Source: Eledone cirrhosa (Eukaryota). Taken from it: DNA of 64,000 bases. Shown here piece by piece: positions 52,537 through 64,000 of the stretch. The notes beneath the pieces were generated by a model. It did not search any database. It was not told where the DNA came from and saw only the letters and a list, made by a program, of their open reading frames with translations. The stretch is from positions 52,638,001 through 52,702,000 of the forward strand of contig OZ024750.1 of assembly GCA_964016885.1 (NCBI GenBank), read 5' to 3'. Each line of letters starts with the position of its first letter. Position 1 is the stretch's first letter. Both the position numbers and the translations under genes were made by a program.

Positions 52537-52789
52537 TACAGTAATGTCTACCTTATATTATAATTAATTTATATGTCTACCTCAATGTGTAGTTTGAATG
52601 ATACTGCGAATTTGAGACTAGTATCACCGAAAATAACAAAGGAAACAGCATAATGGTATTTATTGTTTAAAAATAAGATGACCTATATTAGAATAGCTTC
52701 AAAATACAGCTGTGGTGTGGTAAATATATATACCAGGTCTAAACACAAAGGAACCAAACTCCCACTGTCACTGACTCTATCTCTCCCGC

Positions 52790-53565
52790 TCTTCCCATCT
52801 CTCTCTATTATAAGCAAATGGGGTCCCATGCACTGGCTGCCCCGCAGCAGCAAGGAGCATGTTCATGGCTCCATATGACAGGTAGGCAGGGGGGGGGGGC
52901 TCAGCTGAGGCAGGCCTCGAGCAGATGGTTGGCGTAGGCAGTTGAAGACATTCCTCATTCAAGCTTTGATGGCAGCTGAGACATCACCTTCAATTAGTTT
53001 GGTGTTTACATGGTCGCATAAACGCTTTGCGTTGGCCTCAGGGTGGATGATTGAGGGCACCTGAGAGCAGGGGATGTGGCCTCCTTTGGGATGGGTGCTT
53101 GCCCAAAGCACAAAATGTTGACCTTGACAAAAGTTGCTGTTGACAGGCTGCCTCATGCAGCACCAGAATTGGGGAAACTGTGGATGAGTGGGGCAAAATA
53201 GAAAAGGCACTCACAGTCACTGGCTCGATTGAAGTTATGAGGGTGTCGGCTACCAGCACCCAGGCTGCTCTCGGGATCTTGAGTGGAATCTTCCGGAGTC
53301 GCCTGAGCTGAGCGATGGTGACCAGTGAGGCTTGAGCATCAGAGAAGCTCGCTGTCTCATCTGGTTGTGTAGCAGACGGCCACGGCTGAGCAGATGAGGT
53401 GAAGAGACAGTTGCTGCATCTCCATGCTGTGAGGGCACTGGAGGCTCAACATATCAGGCCAACACAAGAAAGGTGGTGGAAACAGTTCCAGCTTTCTTCC
53501 GCCTGTTTATGGTGGTGCATGTGCTGCAGGTCTTACCTGGTAGGGATGGAGGGTGGGGTGTGGAG
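52790..53565 (-). mobile_element. CRE-like non-LTR retrotransposon N-terminal fragment
   Basis: GC-rich; IPRAAWVLVADTL and KLIEGDVSAAIKAL motifs typical of the pre-RT region of CRE-like ORFs. Confidence 0.5.
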
Positions 53566-53594
53566 GTGGACCTAAAAAAAATCCAGGAGTGTTC

Positions 53595-53903
53595 ATGTGG
53601 AATCGGACAAGCTCCAAAATGATATTTGTCACACGGGATCCAGTTTATTCTAACAAAACTGTTGTACAGGGTCATTATGTTGGACCAAAACCTCACAACT
53701 ATTTACCTTTGGCTATTTTTGTGACAATCATCAACCCATTCCTAGGTCCAATCAGTATAATGCTCTCATTGATGTCAAACCGTGCATATGCCCAAGGAGA
53801 CACAAATTATGCCTTAAAGTGGAGTTTGAACTCATTCTTTTGGAGTGTTATATCAATTGTTGTTGCAATTGTTGTGTATTTAAGCCATAGGTTTCTCTCT
53901 TAG
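53595..53903 (+). CDS. Nested intronless CD225/dispanin (IFITM/PRRT/TMEM233-like) ORF, possibly a retrocopy or pseudogene
   Basis: PKPHNYLPLAIFVTIINPFLGPISIMLSLMSNRAYAQGDTNYALKWSLNSFFWSVISIVVAIVVY fits the CD225 pattern P.xYL..AI...P.G..A...S......GD...A followed by a TM helix. Confidence 0.7.
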   Translation: MWNRTSSKMIFVTRDPVYSNKTVVQGHYVGPKPHNYLPLAIFVTIINPFLGPISIMLSLMSNRAYAQGDTNYALKWSLNSFFWSVISIVVAIVVYLSHRFLS

Positions 53904-54748
53904 TAACTTACGAAATCATGGTGGTTACATCGGCTACTAGGCAATAACAACAAAGATGATGAAACTGGTAATACCATTGTGGAGATATTATTCTGCCTGT
54001 CTATCTAACATTGCAAACTCTTGTTACTACTATACAGTTTCATAATGTAATATGGATGCGTTAATCTCAAGATTTTTAGATGATAAAAACAATTGATAAT
54101 GCTAATATTCTGATTCATTGACAAAATGATATATATATGTGGCCTCTTGGGTATAGGTTTGCCTTGTCGAGCAGGGGGGGGGGGGGGGGGGCTCTAGTGG
54201 CATCTGCACTATTTTCCTTATATATATATATATGAGATGTTACTAGTTAAGATCATTATTCAACTTAGTACTCTGTACTTAAGGAAAATAGTGTAGATGT
54301 TGTTGGTGGAGTGGGCTTGTGCTCAGGAGGGTATAAGCTTAGCTGTATTAGGCAAAGAAACCTTCTAATAATATATGGATATAACTTTGTACAACAAACC
54401 TTTTTTATACGTATATATATTGATTATAATTATTGTTACTTAAATATCTATATATCAATATCTACATATACATATATAAACTAGTAACAGCTACAAAAAA
54501 CTAATTTGCCATAAGGGAGAAATAAAGGGAACTTCAAAGAAAAAAGACCTTTAATCAATAATTTTTTTTAATGGAAAATACTCCAAGGAAAAACTATAAG
54601 GAAAAAAAAAGAAATAAAAAAGGGAATAACATATTTTTGAAATAAGGAAATGAGTTGGGGATAGTGGGGGTAGTAATGTAGAGAAATAAACTTGAATTGT
54701 TTCACTAAATATTGACTAGAATTATTTTTGAGAATTCTCTAACAATTG

Positions 54749-54794
<46 letters not shown>

Positions 54795-54942
54795 AAAAAA
54801 TGGGGAGAAGAATACTGCAGGTTGCACATGGATAACATGTTATAAAATGAGTCCCTCATCAGTGATTTGCCAACGATCATAGATATTTCATTGCATTAAA
54901 AATCATATACCTCACGTTGGTGCAATAATAACTATATATATA

Positions 54943-55018
<76 letters not shown>

Positions 55019-56355
55019 AGAAAACTGAGCACTAGAACAGCTGTTAACACAGCCAAATGTGTGAGAGGATAGAGACCAGTGGCAGTGAGACAATCAATGG
55101 GGTGACAGGCAGATGGAATGTGGAAGGGATTGAGAGAGGAGGAGGACATGGTGACGTGTGTTGGTGCATGGAGGTGGTTGGAGGAGGGAAGGGAAGTGGG
55201 GAGGGGCAATATACAGGACAAGGTCACACAAATCTTCGCCCTCATCGGCTCTCACCAGCAGAATGGTTTTGCATGATTTAATTGAGAGTACCATTATAAA
55301 ATGCTCGATGGTGCAGCGGAGGGGTGGATCTTTCTGTTGGTGTGATGTTGTGTGTTTGAGATGAAGCGAGAGTATATTTTAACAGTTGTTCTGGTGATGA
55401 TCAGGGACAACAATGCCTATTCATCATAGCTATGATTAGCTTCCTATCTTTGTCTTCTTTCGTCCTTCTATCTATTATCTTTATTTTATCGGGCGCACGT
55501 TGTGCCGATGGGAGGGGGTGGGAGGGAGGGTTCTGTTGCACGATCCAACAATTGTGTGAAACCATGTTGATGGTGTGGGAGCTGATGAGGGTGGGTGTGT
55601 GTGTCTGTGTAAATTTGTCTTCTATATCATCTTTCTCTGTCTCCTTCCTCAAGTCACCTCTGTGCGCCAACGCACTTCTGCTCGTCCACCTCCTCTCTCA
55701 ATCATTTCTATATTTTCTATCTGCCTGTCATATATATATATATATGTATATATATGTCTAACCCATGCTAGCATGGAAGATGGACGTTAAACGATGATGA
55801 TGATGATGAGGATGATGATGATGATATGTGTGTGTATGTATATATATATACATGTGTATGTGTGTATATATATATACATATATATGTGTGTGTATATGTG
55901 TATGTATATACATATAGTAGGTGTCACGACAAAAAAACACACAGTCCACGCTGTAATGTGGCCGTGTAGGTAACACGGTAAAAACCTCCCAGTCCACACT
56001 ATAAACGTGGTTGGTGTTAGGAAGGGCATCCAGCCGTAGAAAACCTGCCAGACAGTCCTGAGCAAGACAACCAATCTTGCCTCAAGTGGGACAATTCCCG
56101 TCCAGACCCATGCTAGCGTGGAAGATGGACGTTAAACAATGATGATAATGATATATATATATATATATAAATATATATATATATGTGTATGTGTGTGTAT
56201 ATATATATATATATATGTGTGTGTATATATATAAATATATGTACGTATATATATGTATGTATGTGTGTGTATATGTATGTAGATGTGGATATGTATACAT
56301 ACATATATATGTATGTGTGTGTGTATGTGTGTATATATATATATGTATATTAGGA

Positions 56356-56786
56356 GGCACATGGCTTAGTGGTTAGAGCATTGGGCTTGCAATCGAAAGG
56401 TTGTGAGTTCAATTCTTGGACCAGGTGATGTGTTGTTTCCTTGAGCAAGACACTTTATTTCACATTGCTCCAGTTTACTCAGCTGTAAAAATGAGATGAT
56501 AGGGACTGGGGTCCCTATCATTCCACTGCAACGTGGTCGTGGACGTGCCACGGCAAAAAAGCACCCAGCCCACACTGTAAAGTGGACCTGTAGGCGCCAT
56601 GGAAAAAAAGCACCCAGCACTCACTTTAAATGAGGTTGGTGTTAGGAAGGGCATCTAGCTGTAGAAATCAAGCCAGAATCAGTATGAGCAAGACAAGGTC
56701 AGCCGACCGGACACTGCCCACAACAGGACAACCGGTCTAACCCATGCTAGCGTGGAAGATTGGACGTAAAACAGTGATGATGATGA
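56356..56786 (+). mobile_element. tRNA-derived CORE-like SINE with RTE tail
   Basis: Same family as 10689-11065. Confidence 0.75.
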
Positions 56787-56813
56787 TATATAATATATAT
56801 ATATATATATATA

Positions 56814-56944
56814 TAGGAACGAGTAGGACCCCGACGGCTGAGCTCAAGCCGTTTCGACGGCTAATTCTGGACTAAATGGATTTAGTCCAGAATTAGCCGT
56901 CGAAACAGCTTGAGCTCAGCCATCGGGGTCCTACTCGTTCCTAT
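56814..56944. repeat. Near-perfect palindrome of about 130 bp (probable Penelope pLTR inversion)
   Basis: TAGGAACGAGTAGGACCCCGA...CTGGACTAAAT GG ATTTAGTCCAG...TCGGGGTCCTACTCGTTCCTA. Confidence 0.8.
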
Positions 56945-57071
56945 TACCCACTCTACTACCCTAAGTATTGAGTACTTTGGTGCGTTATGGTCCACCTAGT
57001 TCCTTACCACATTTCCTCCGTTATATATATATATATATATATTAGGATCATGATGATGATATATATATATG

Positions 57072-60000
57072 TTAGGAAGGGCATCCAACCAGTGTATCAA
57101 TGCCAAAACAATTATGAGCACAGCAACAAATATATAGGAACAACAAAAATATGAAGACGTCGCATCTCAGAGTTGCAACACTTAATGTTGGCACTCTCAG
57201 AGGTAGATCTGGTGAAATAGCGGAGATGCTGGAGAGAAGGCATGTGGATGTGTGCTGCGTGCAAGAGGTGAGATGGAGAGGTGCCTCTGCGAGACTAGTC
57301 GCAAGCAAACATCTTAGCTATAAGCTTTTCTGGGTAGGTAAGGAAGATGGGTTAGGGGGAGTAGGCATTTTCCTGGCTGAGAGATGGATCAAAAAGACAA
57401 TAGAGGTAGTTTGAGTTAATAATTGAATAATTAAGCTTAGATTAGTTGTAGGCAGGAGACTACTGACAATCATCCCTGCCTATGCTCCCCAAGCAGGCCT
57501 AGGCAAAGAAGAGAAAGACTGCTTTTATGAGCAACTTTTATAAACAGCCGCAATGACAGAGGATGGAGACATCGTTATGCAAGCAGGGGACTTCAATGGT
57601 CATGTTGGACAGCTCCAGGATGGTTACACTGGGGTACATGGTGAGCACGGTTACGGTTCAAGAAATGAAGAAGGATTGAGACTTCTTGAATTTTGTGATG
57701 CAAGTACACTGACTATTTGCAACACTAACTTCCAGAAACCTGCCAACCACCTAATAACCTACAAATCTGGCGAGCACATAAGCCAGATTGACTTCTTACT
57801 AGTTAGGCAGCGGAACAAGCAGATGGCGTCAAATACCAAGGCATACCCTGGGGAAGAATGTACCTCACAGCATAGGTTAGTAGTTAGTGATATCTCAGTA
57901 AGTAAGAGATGGAATCAGACAGACAGACAGGAAGGTGTGGAGAAGAAAGGTCTGGAAGCTAAAAGACCTTTCACTAAAATACAAATTTAGGAAAGCCCTT
58001 CAAGATGTGTATGACGAAAAAGAAGACGATTTAGAGACGTATGACATAGATAATAACTGGAATTTCTTACGTGACAACTTATCGCAGGCTACTGATGAAA
58101 CTTGTGGCTGGAGCAGAGCTCCAGCCAGACAGAGAGTGACCTGGTGGTGGAACAGCACAGTAGATAAGGCCATTAGAGATAAAAGACTAGCATGGAAGCC
58201 TTGGAAAAAGGGTGGGAGTAGACAAGGATATACAGCCACTAAGAGGGAAGCTAGACGTCAGGTGTACTTAGCACGTAGGGAAGCTGAGAGTAGGAGGTTT
58301 GCCAATGTTCTATGACAGGAAGAGGCGTGCGGTGTTCCACATTGCAAGGCAGTGTGTTAATGCAAATCAGGATGTTGTTGGAGTAAAAGTATCCGGAATG
58401 ATGCCGGTGTACTTAGTGTCACGAATGATCAGAAAAAGGAGGCCTGGAAATGTCATTATGAGAGACTGATGAATGTGGAGAACAAATGGGGGAGAGAGAA
58501 ATTACCCTCAGTAGATCCGACAGAGGGACCAGCTATTGAGATTGACGAATATAGGGTCCAAGAGGCGATTAAGGAAATGAAAAATGGTAAGGCTGCTGGA
58601 CCGTCAGGGATAGTTGCTGAGATGCTGAAGGCATCAGGGGACGTAGGCACTAAACTGGTTGCACGCATCATCAATCAGGCTATATATGGTGGTGTCATAC
58701 CCAAAGACTGGTGCAGCAGTATTCTCATAAATTGCTACAACGGTAAAGGGTATGCTCTGGAGAGGAGCAATTATAGCGGTATAAAACTGATGGATCAGGT
58801 TATGAAAGTGGCAGAAACGATATTAGCACAACTAATTAGAGAAAGGGTCAAACTAAATGAGATGCAGTTTGGTTTTGTGTCTGGGAAAAGTACAACAGAT
58901 GCCCTCTTCTTGGTGAGACAATTACAAGTGAGGTTCTTAGAGAAGAATAAGCCTCTATACTTAGTTTTTGTTGACCTAGAGAAGGCCTTTGATAAGGTAC
59001 CCCGATCTGTCATCTGGTGGTCCCTAAGGAAACTAGGTGTTGAGGAATGGCTTGTGAGGACTGCAAACTTTGTACAGAAGTACTGTCAGTAAAGTCAGGG
59101 TAGGAATGGAGTTTAGTGAGGAATTCCAGATACAAGTAGGAGTACATCAAGGTTCTGTCCTTAGCCCGCTCTTGTTCATTATAGTCCTCCAAGCCATAAC
59201 AGAGGAGTTTAAGACTGGCTGTCCATGGGAACTTCTTTATGCTGACGATCTGGTTCTTATAGCAGAATCAGTATAGGAGCTAGAGAATACATTCTGGCTA
59301 TGGAAATAGCAGTTGGAAGCAAGAGGACTGAGAGTGAGCCTAGCTAAGACAAAAGTGTTGATGAGTATAAAAGAGGACAAAACTCTGATTCCGTCAGGGA
59401 AATGGCCATGTTCGATATGCAGACTAGGAACTGGCATAAATTTTATAAAATGCACACAATGCAGATCCTGGGTACACAAGATATGTAGCGGGATAGCAGG
59501 AAAACTAACAGGAGAAATACATATGCAGTAGATGTACAGGGAAATTAGACAGTAGAAGTCGCATTGATAGACACATTTTTCAAATGCAGGCAGGCGCTAT
59601 AGAAGTGGTGGATAGCTTCCTGTATCTAGGAGATTATATTAGCATGGGAGGGGGGTGTTCCGAGGCCATAGTATCTAGAATAAGGACGGGTTGGAAGAAG
59701 TTTAGGGAGCTGCTTCCTCTGCTGACGAAGAAGGGTTTCTCCCTGAGTACAAAAGACCAGTTATATGATGCCTGTGTGAGGAGCGCGATGCTGCATGGTA
59801 GTGAGACATGGGCAGCAACTGCAGAGGATATGCGACGGCTGGAGAGAAATGAGGCATGCATGCTCCATTGGATGTGCAATGTCAATGTGCATGAACGACC
59901 CAGCATGGATGTGTTGAGAGAGGAGACTGCGGTGGTATGTGATGCGCATGGAGGATGACCGATGGATGAAGAAGTGCCAGGAAATGCCAGTTGAAGGAAG

Positions 60001-60175
60001 ACGTGGTAGAGGTAGACCACGAAAAACATGGGCGGAGGTGGTGAGAGCTGACCTCATATCGCTGAAGCTCACGGTGGAGATGACGAAGGACCATAACAAG
60101 TGGAGAGATGCTGTGCTGAATAAGATCCGTCCCTCCCTTGCAAGCAGGGAAATGTGGACATAAAATGATGATGAT
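57072..60175 (+). mobile_element. Near full-length RTE LINE (subfamily A): APE endonuclease plus RT, inactivated
   Basis: LRVATLNVGTL, VQEVRW, GDFNGHVG, IDFLLV and SQHRLVV (APE); RT motifs; many stops and frameshifts; (GAT)n tail. Confidence 0.93.
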
Positions 60176-60323
60176 ATATATATATATATATGTATACACA
60201 CACACACACACACATATATATGTTATTGTGCCATTGTCTCTTATGAGTTCTTCCGCCCTTTGTCATGTGTATATATATATATACACACACACACACACTC
60301 ACATATATATATACATATATATT

Positions 60324-60600
60324 ACCGGTCGCTCTCCGACAGGTTTGTGGTCGTACCCTTGGCAGTGGAGACTTCTGGTGTCCTCGGCCCTAGGGCTACC
60401 TCCTTACTCACAACCATAGGCGTTGACCTGGCCAGCTGCAGGTGTGAACCTTGCGAGCTGGAATGGCTCTTCCAGCGCGTCTCCCTTGCCGTCCTCCGGG
60501 GAAACACCTTCTCCATTGTGTCTGCCGGAGCTGTGGGGAGGCCAGCAATATAATTGACTGACTTGTCATTTTATCATGTACTTTTTATATATTTATATCT
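60324..60600 (+). mobile_element. CRE-clade element 3' end
   Basis: RFVVVPLAVETSGVLG...WLFQRVSLAVLRGN C-terminal motif. Confidence 0.7.
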
Positions 60601-61429
60601 GTCCAACACCCGTTGTTGTTGCTGTTGTTGCTGTTGTTAATGGTGGTGGTGTGACTGCTACCTATTTCAGCTGTCAAGCTGCTGAATCATCTTCTCTCAG
60701 TGATGCTCCAATCTGCCTTCTTTGAAGATGCAGGGTCATTAGCTTTCACCATTTTTGAATTTGGTGAAATTCTAATGAATTTCTTTTATGTGTGTGTGTG
60801 TGGGGGATAGGTTCCAGGGTGATTTGTTGGTGGTAAATACTCCAATGGATAACTCGTCCTCTTATGTAAGGATTGCTATTATAATTTTTAAGGATCCTCA
60901 CAAAAATGTATCAAAATCTTGGAGAAACTCACCAGCGGAGAAGACAGCATCTACCATGTGTGCCTTATGTTTGGGTGTATATTGCATATACACTCATGTT
61001 ATCTTAGGCTCATCGTCGAAAATCTGTTGAAATATTTATACAGACTCATATCCATCTCGTCTAATATGTACAGACCATAAGCAGCCTTTTTTTTCTCAAG
61101 CAGGGGTTTATGCTAATATTATAATTATATGTCTACCTTATATTATATTTATATGATAATAGATATGTTAATTATATGATAATATCAACGCGATGAGTGG
61201 AGAAATGCTGTGCTGAAAAGGACCCATGCAACCCATGCAAGTGTGGAAAAACAGATGTAAAAATGATGATGATGATGATAAATAATACATAGTAGAATGA
61301 ACACCTTCCATCCTAGTGATATGACTACCTTATATTATATAACTATCATATATCCTATTGATGTGATGTAGACACATCATAATAATATGTCTACATCAAA
61401 TCATAGTTAATAATGTTTGCCTTACACCA

Positions 61430-61850
61430 TAGTAACACATCATAATCATATAACTATCTTACACCATAGTAATACATCATAATGATATGACTATCTTACA
61501 CCATAGTAATACATCATAATGATATGACTATCTTACACCATAGTAATACATCATAATCATATGACTATCTTACACCTTAGTAATACATCATAATCATATG
61601 ACTATCTTACACCATAGTAATACATCATAATGATCTGACTATCTTACACCATAGTAATACATCATAATGATATGACTATCTTACACCATAGTGACACATC
61701 ATAATGATATAACTATCTTACACCATAGTAACACATCATAATCATATGACTATCTACACCATAGTAACACATCATAATCATATGACTATCTTACACCATA
61801 GTAATACATCATAATCATATGACTATCTACACCATAGTAATACATCTGCC
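61430..61850. repeat. About 39-bp minisatellite (CTATCTTACACCATAGTAATACATCATAATGATATGA)
   Basis: Direct inspection. Confidence 0.85.
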
Positions 61851-62094
61851 TTATGTCATAGTAGTACATAGTTTGTTAATTCAAATGTTTATAGTATCTT
61901 TACTAGATTATTATGAACATTTACAATAATAGAGTAAAGAGTTTTGTGTTAAAAAGAAGTTATCAAAGTTAGTGGACTCTACTGCGAAGAAAATGGATGA
62001 CTGAATATTTTGAGCAAGAAGATAAAGATGAAATTGTCTTTAATAAATATCATCTTAAGACATTGTAAGAAACATATGACCTTTCTATTTACAG

Positions 62095-62262
62095 GAAGTT
62101 CATAATGACCAGTCAATATGTTATATGTGGCAACTTCGAAGTAATGCTGTCCCTGGGCCATCTTCTCTGGACCTCATTTTCTCTGTCACCTATCGAACAT
62201 CTATAGATGAAGATAACCTGTGTAGATTATCAGTGTATAACATCCGTTTAGACAACATACAG
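62095..62262 (+). CDS. TRAPPC10: TRAPPC10 exon P
   Basis: ttacag|GAA...CAG|gtaagt; EVHNDQSICYMWQLR...SLDLIFSVTY. Confidence 0.88.
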
Positions 62263-62454
62263 GTAAGTTACAGCTATTTCTGTTTAAGGTTGGGGACTTT
62301 ATTATTTTTGTTCAGTTGTTGTTGTTAGACCTCTGTCAGTTCTGACAAGTGTTGCAGTTGAGGAACTGTCTGCACATTATAGAGCTTACGGAGATTTTAC
62401 ATTTAATTTCTCAAATGTGTTCATTACTCTAATGACTTCCTGTAATAACTTCCT

Positions 62455-63008
62455 ATTAACGTAATAACTCACTACTAATGTAATAACTCACTACTAACGT
62501 AATAACTCACTACTAACGTAATAACTCACTACTAACATAATAACTCACTACTAACGTAATAACTCACTACTAACATAATAACTCACTACTAACATAATAA
62601 CTCACTACTAACGTAATAACTCACTACTAATGTAGAAACTCCTACTAATGTAATAACTCACTTCTAACGTAATAACTCACTACTAACGTAATAACTCACT
62701 TCTAACGTAATAACTCACTACTAATGTAATAACTCACTACTAACGTAATAACTCACTACTAATGTAGAAACTCACTACTAACGTAATAACTCACTTCTAA
62801 CGTAATAACTCACTTCTAATGTAATAACTCACTTCTAACGTAATAACTCACTACTAATGTAATAACTCACTACTAATGTAATAACTCACTACTAACGTAA
62901 TAACTCACTACTAACGTAGAAACTCACTACTAACGTAATAACTCACTTCTAACGTAATAACTCACTACTAACGTAATAACTCACTACTAACGTAATAACT
63001 CACTTCTA
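62455..63008 (+). repeat. 19-bp array GTAATAACTCACTACTAAC (about 28 copies) of branch-point/QKI-like motifs
   Basis: Direct inspection; ends about 22 nt before the exon Q acceptor. Confidence 0.95.
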
Positions 63009-63030
63009 TTACTTTTCTTATTATTTTCAG

Positions 63031-63223
63031 ACACTGTATATGATAACATCTAATATAATCCCTGGTAATGATAATAAATCGTGTAAAGTCGGAAATGTTT
63101 GTCATTTAGACTTCAGTGTGACAAACATTGACACAACCAATGCAGCAACCTCTTCAGACAACCAACTCCTCTATGAAGTTGTTGTTGACCATGTGATGTG
63201 GGCAGTGTGTGGCAGAGTTACAG
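63031..63223 (+). CDS. TRAPPC10: TRAPPC10 exon Q (last in window)
   Basis: ttttcag|ACA...ACAG|gtaacc; TLYMITSNIIP..CKVGNVCHL...LLYEVVVDHVMWAVCGRVTG (human LMYEVVDNSSNWAVCGKSCG). Confidence 0.93.
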
Positions 63224-63267
63224 GTAACCATTTCATTTCTGTACTATTGGAGGGAAATGTGTCCCCA

Positions 63268-64000
63268 AAAGAAAGAGGCCTGGAAATGTTACTATGAGAG
63301 ATTGATGAATGTAGAAAATGGATGGGAGGAAGAGAGACTACCCTCAACCTACCCAACAGAAGGACTATTGAAGTTGATAGTTTTAGGGTCAAAGATGCAA
63401 TCAGGGGAATGAAGAATGGTAAAGCTGAGGGACCATCAGAGATAGCTGCTGTGATACTAAACACATCAGTAGAGGTAGGAGTCAAGCTAGTAACCTACAT
63501 AGTCAATCAGATAATACAGAATGGAGTTATACCCAATGACTGATGCAACAGTATAATTGTAAATTGCTACAAAGATAAAGGTGACACCCTAGAAAGGAGC
63601 AACTATAGAGGAATAGAACTAATGGACCGAGTTATGAAAGTGACGGAAAGTATTATAGCACAACTAATTAGGGAAAGAGTAAAATTAGACGAGATTCAGT
63701 TTGGTTTCATACCTTGGAAAAGTACTACAGATGCCTGCTTATTTGTGAGGCAACTACAAGAGAAGTTTCTAGCCAAAAATAAGCCACTATATTTAGCTTT
63801 TGTTGATCTAGAGGAGGCCTTTGACAGAGTACTTCAATCTATTATCTGGTGGTCCTTAAGGAAATTAGGTGTAGAAGAATGGCTTGTGAGAGCAGTTCAA
63901 GATATGTACAGATGTCAGTAAAGTGAGAATAGGAAGTGAATTTAGTGAGGAATTCAAGGTACAGGTAGGAGTTCATCAAGTTTAGTTCTTAGCCCACTGC
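63268..64000 (+). mobile_element. RTE LINE RT fragment (runs off the window edge)
   Basis: KAEGPSEI, QFGF and FVDLEEAFDRV motifs; stops. Confidence 0.85.

Noticed and set aside
54780-55730. Possible further Penelope remnants (CTGATGA near 54865 on the - strand; ORF 55401-55670)
   Set aside because: No properly spaced GAAA or helices and no convincing protein motif, so it cannot be supported

Overview
Repeat-rich, AT-rich eukaryotic (animal) genomic DNA. The RTE LINE/SINE families with (GAT)n tails suggest an octopus-like cephalopod, which is an inference. The window lies inside one + strand gene, TRAPPC10 (TMEM1/Trs130, TRAPPII subunit). I traced 17 consecutive coding exons (2737-63223, 2893 nt, about 964 codons) with consistent phases; the first and last exons lie outside the window. 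One intron (31707-32488) has a U12 (minor spliceosome) signature. The introns contain decayed RTE LINEs carrying a PHD-like finger, tRNA-derived SINEs, CR1, CRE and Penelope fragments, a mariner, MITEs and about 12 different minisatellites. Highlights: an intronless CD225/dispanin-like ORF nested in an intron; a 19-bp array of TACTAAC branch-point/QKI motifs abutting a 3' splice site; arrays that tend to sit next to exon boundaries; several Penelope-type minimal hammerhead ribozymes, one apparently seeding a 46-bp satellite; and a palindromic element carrying a tRNA-like cloverleaf. All family assignments come from recognising motifs by eye, not from database searches.
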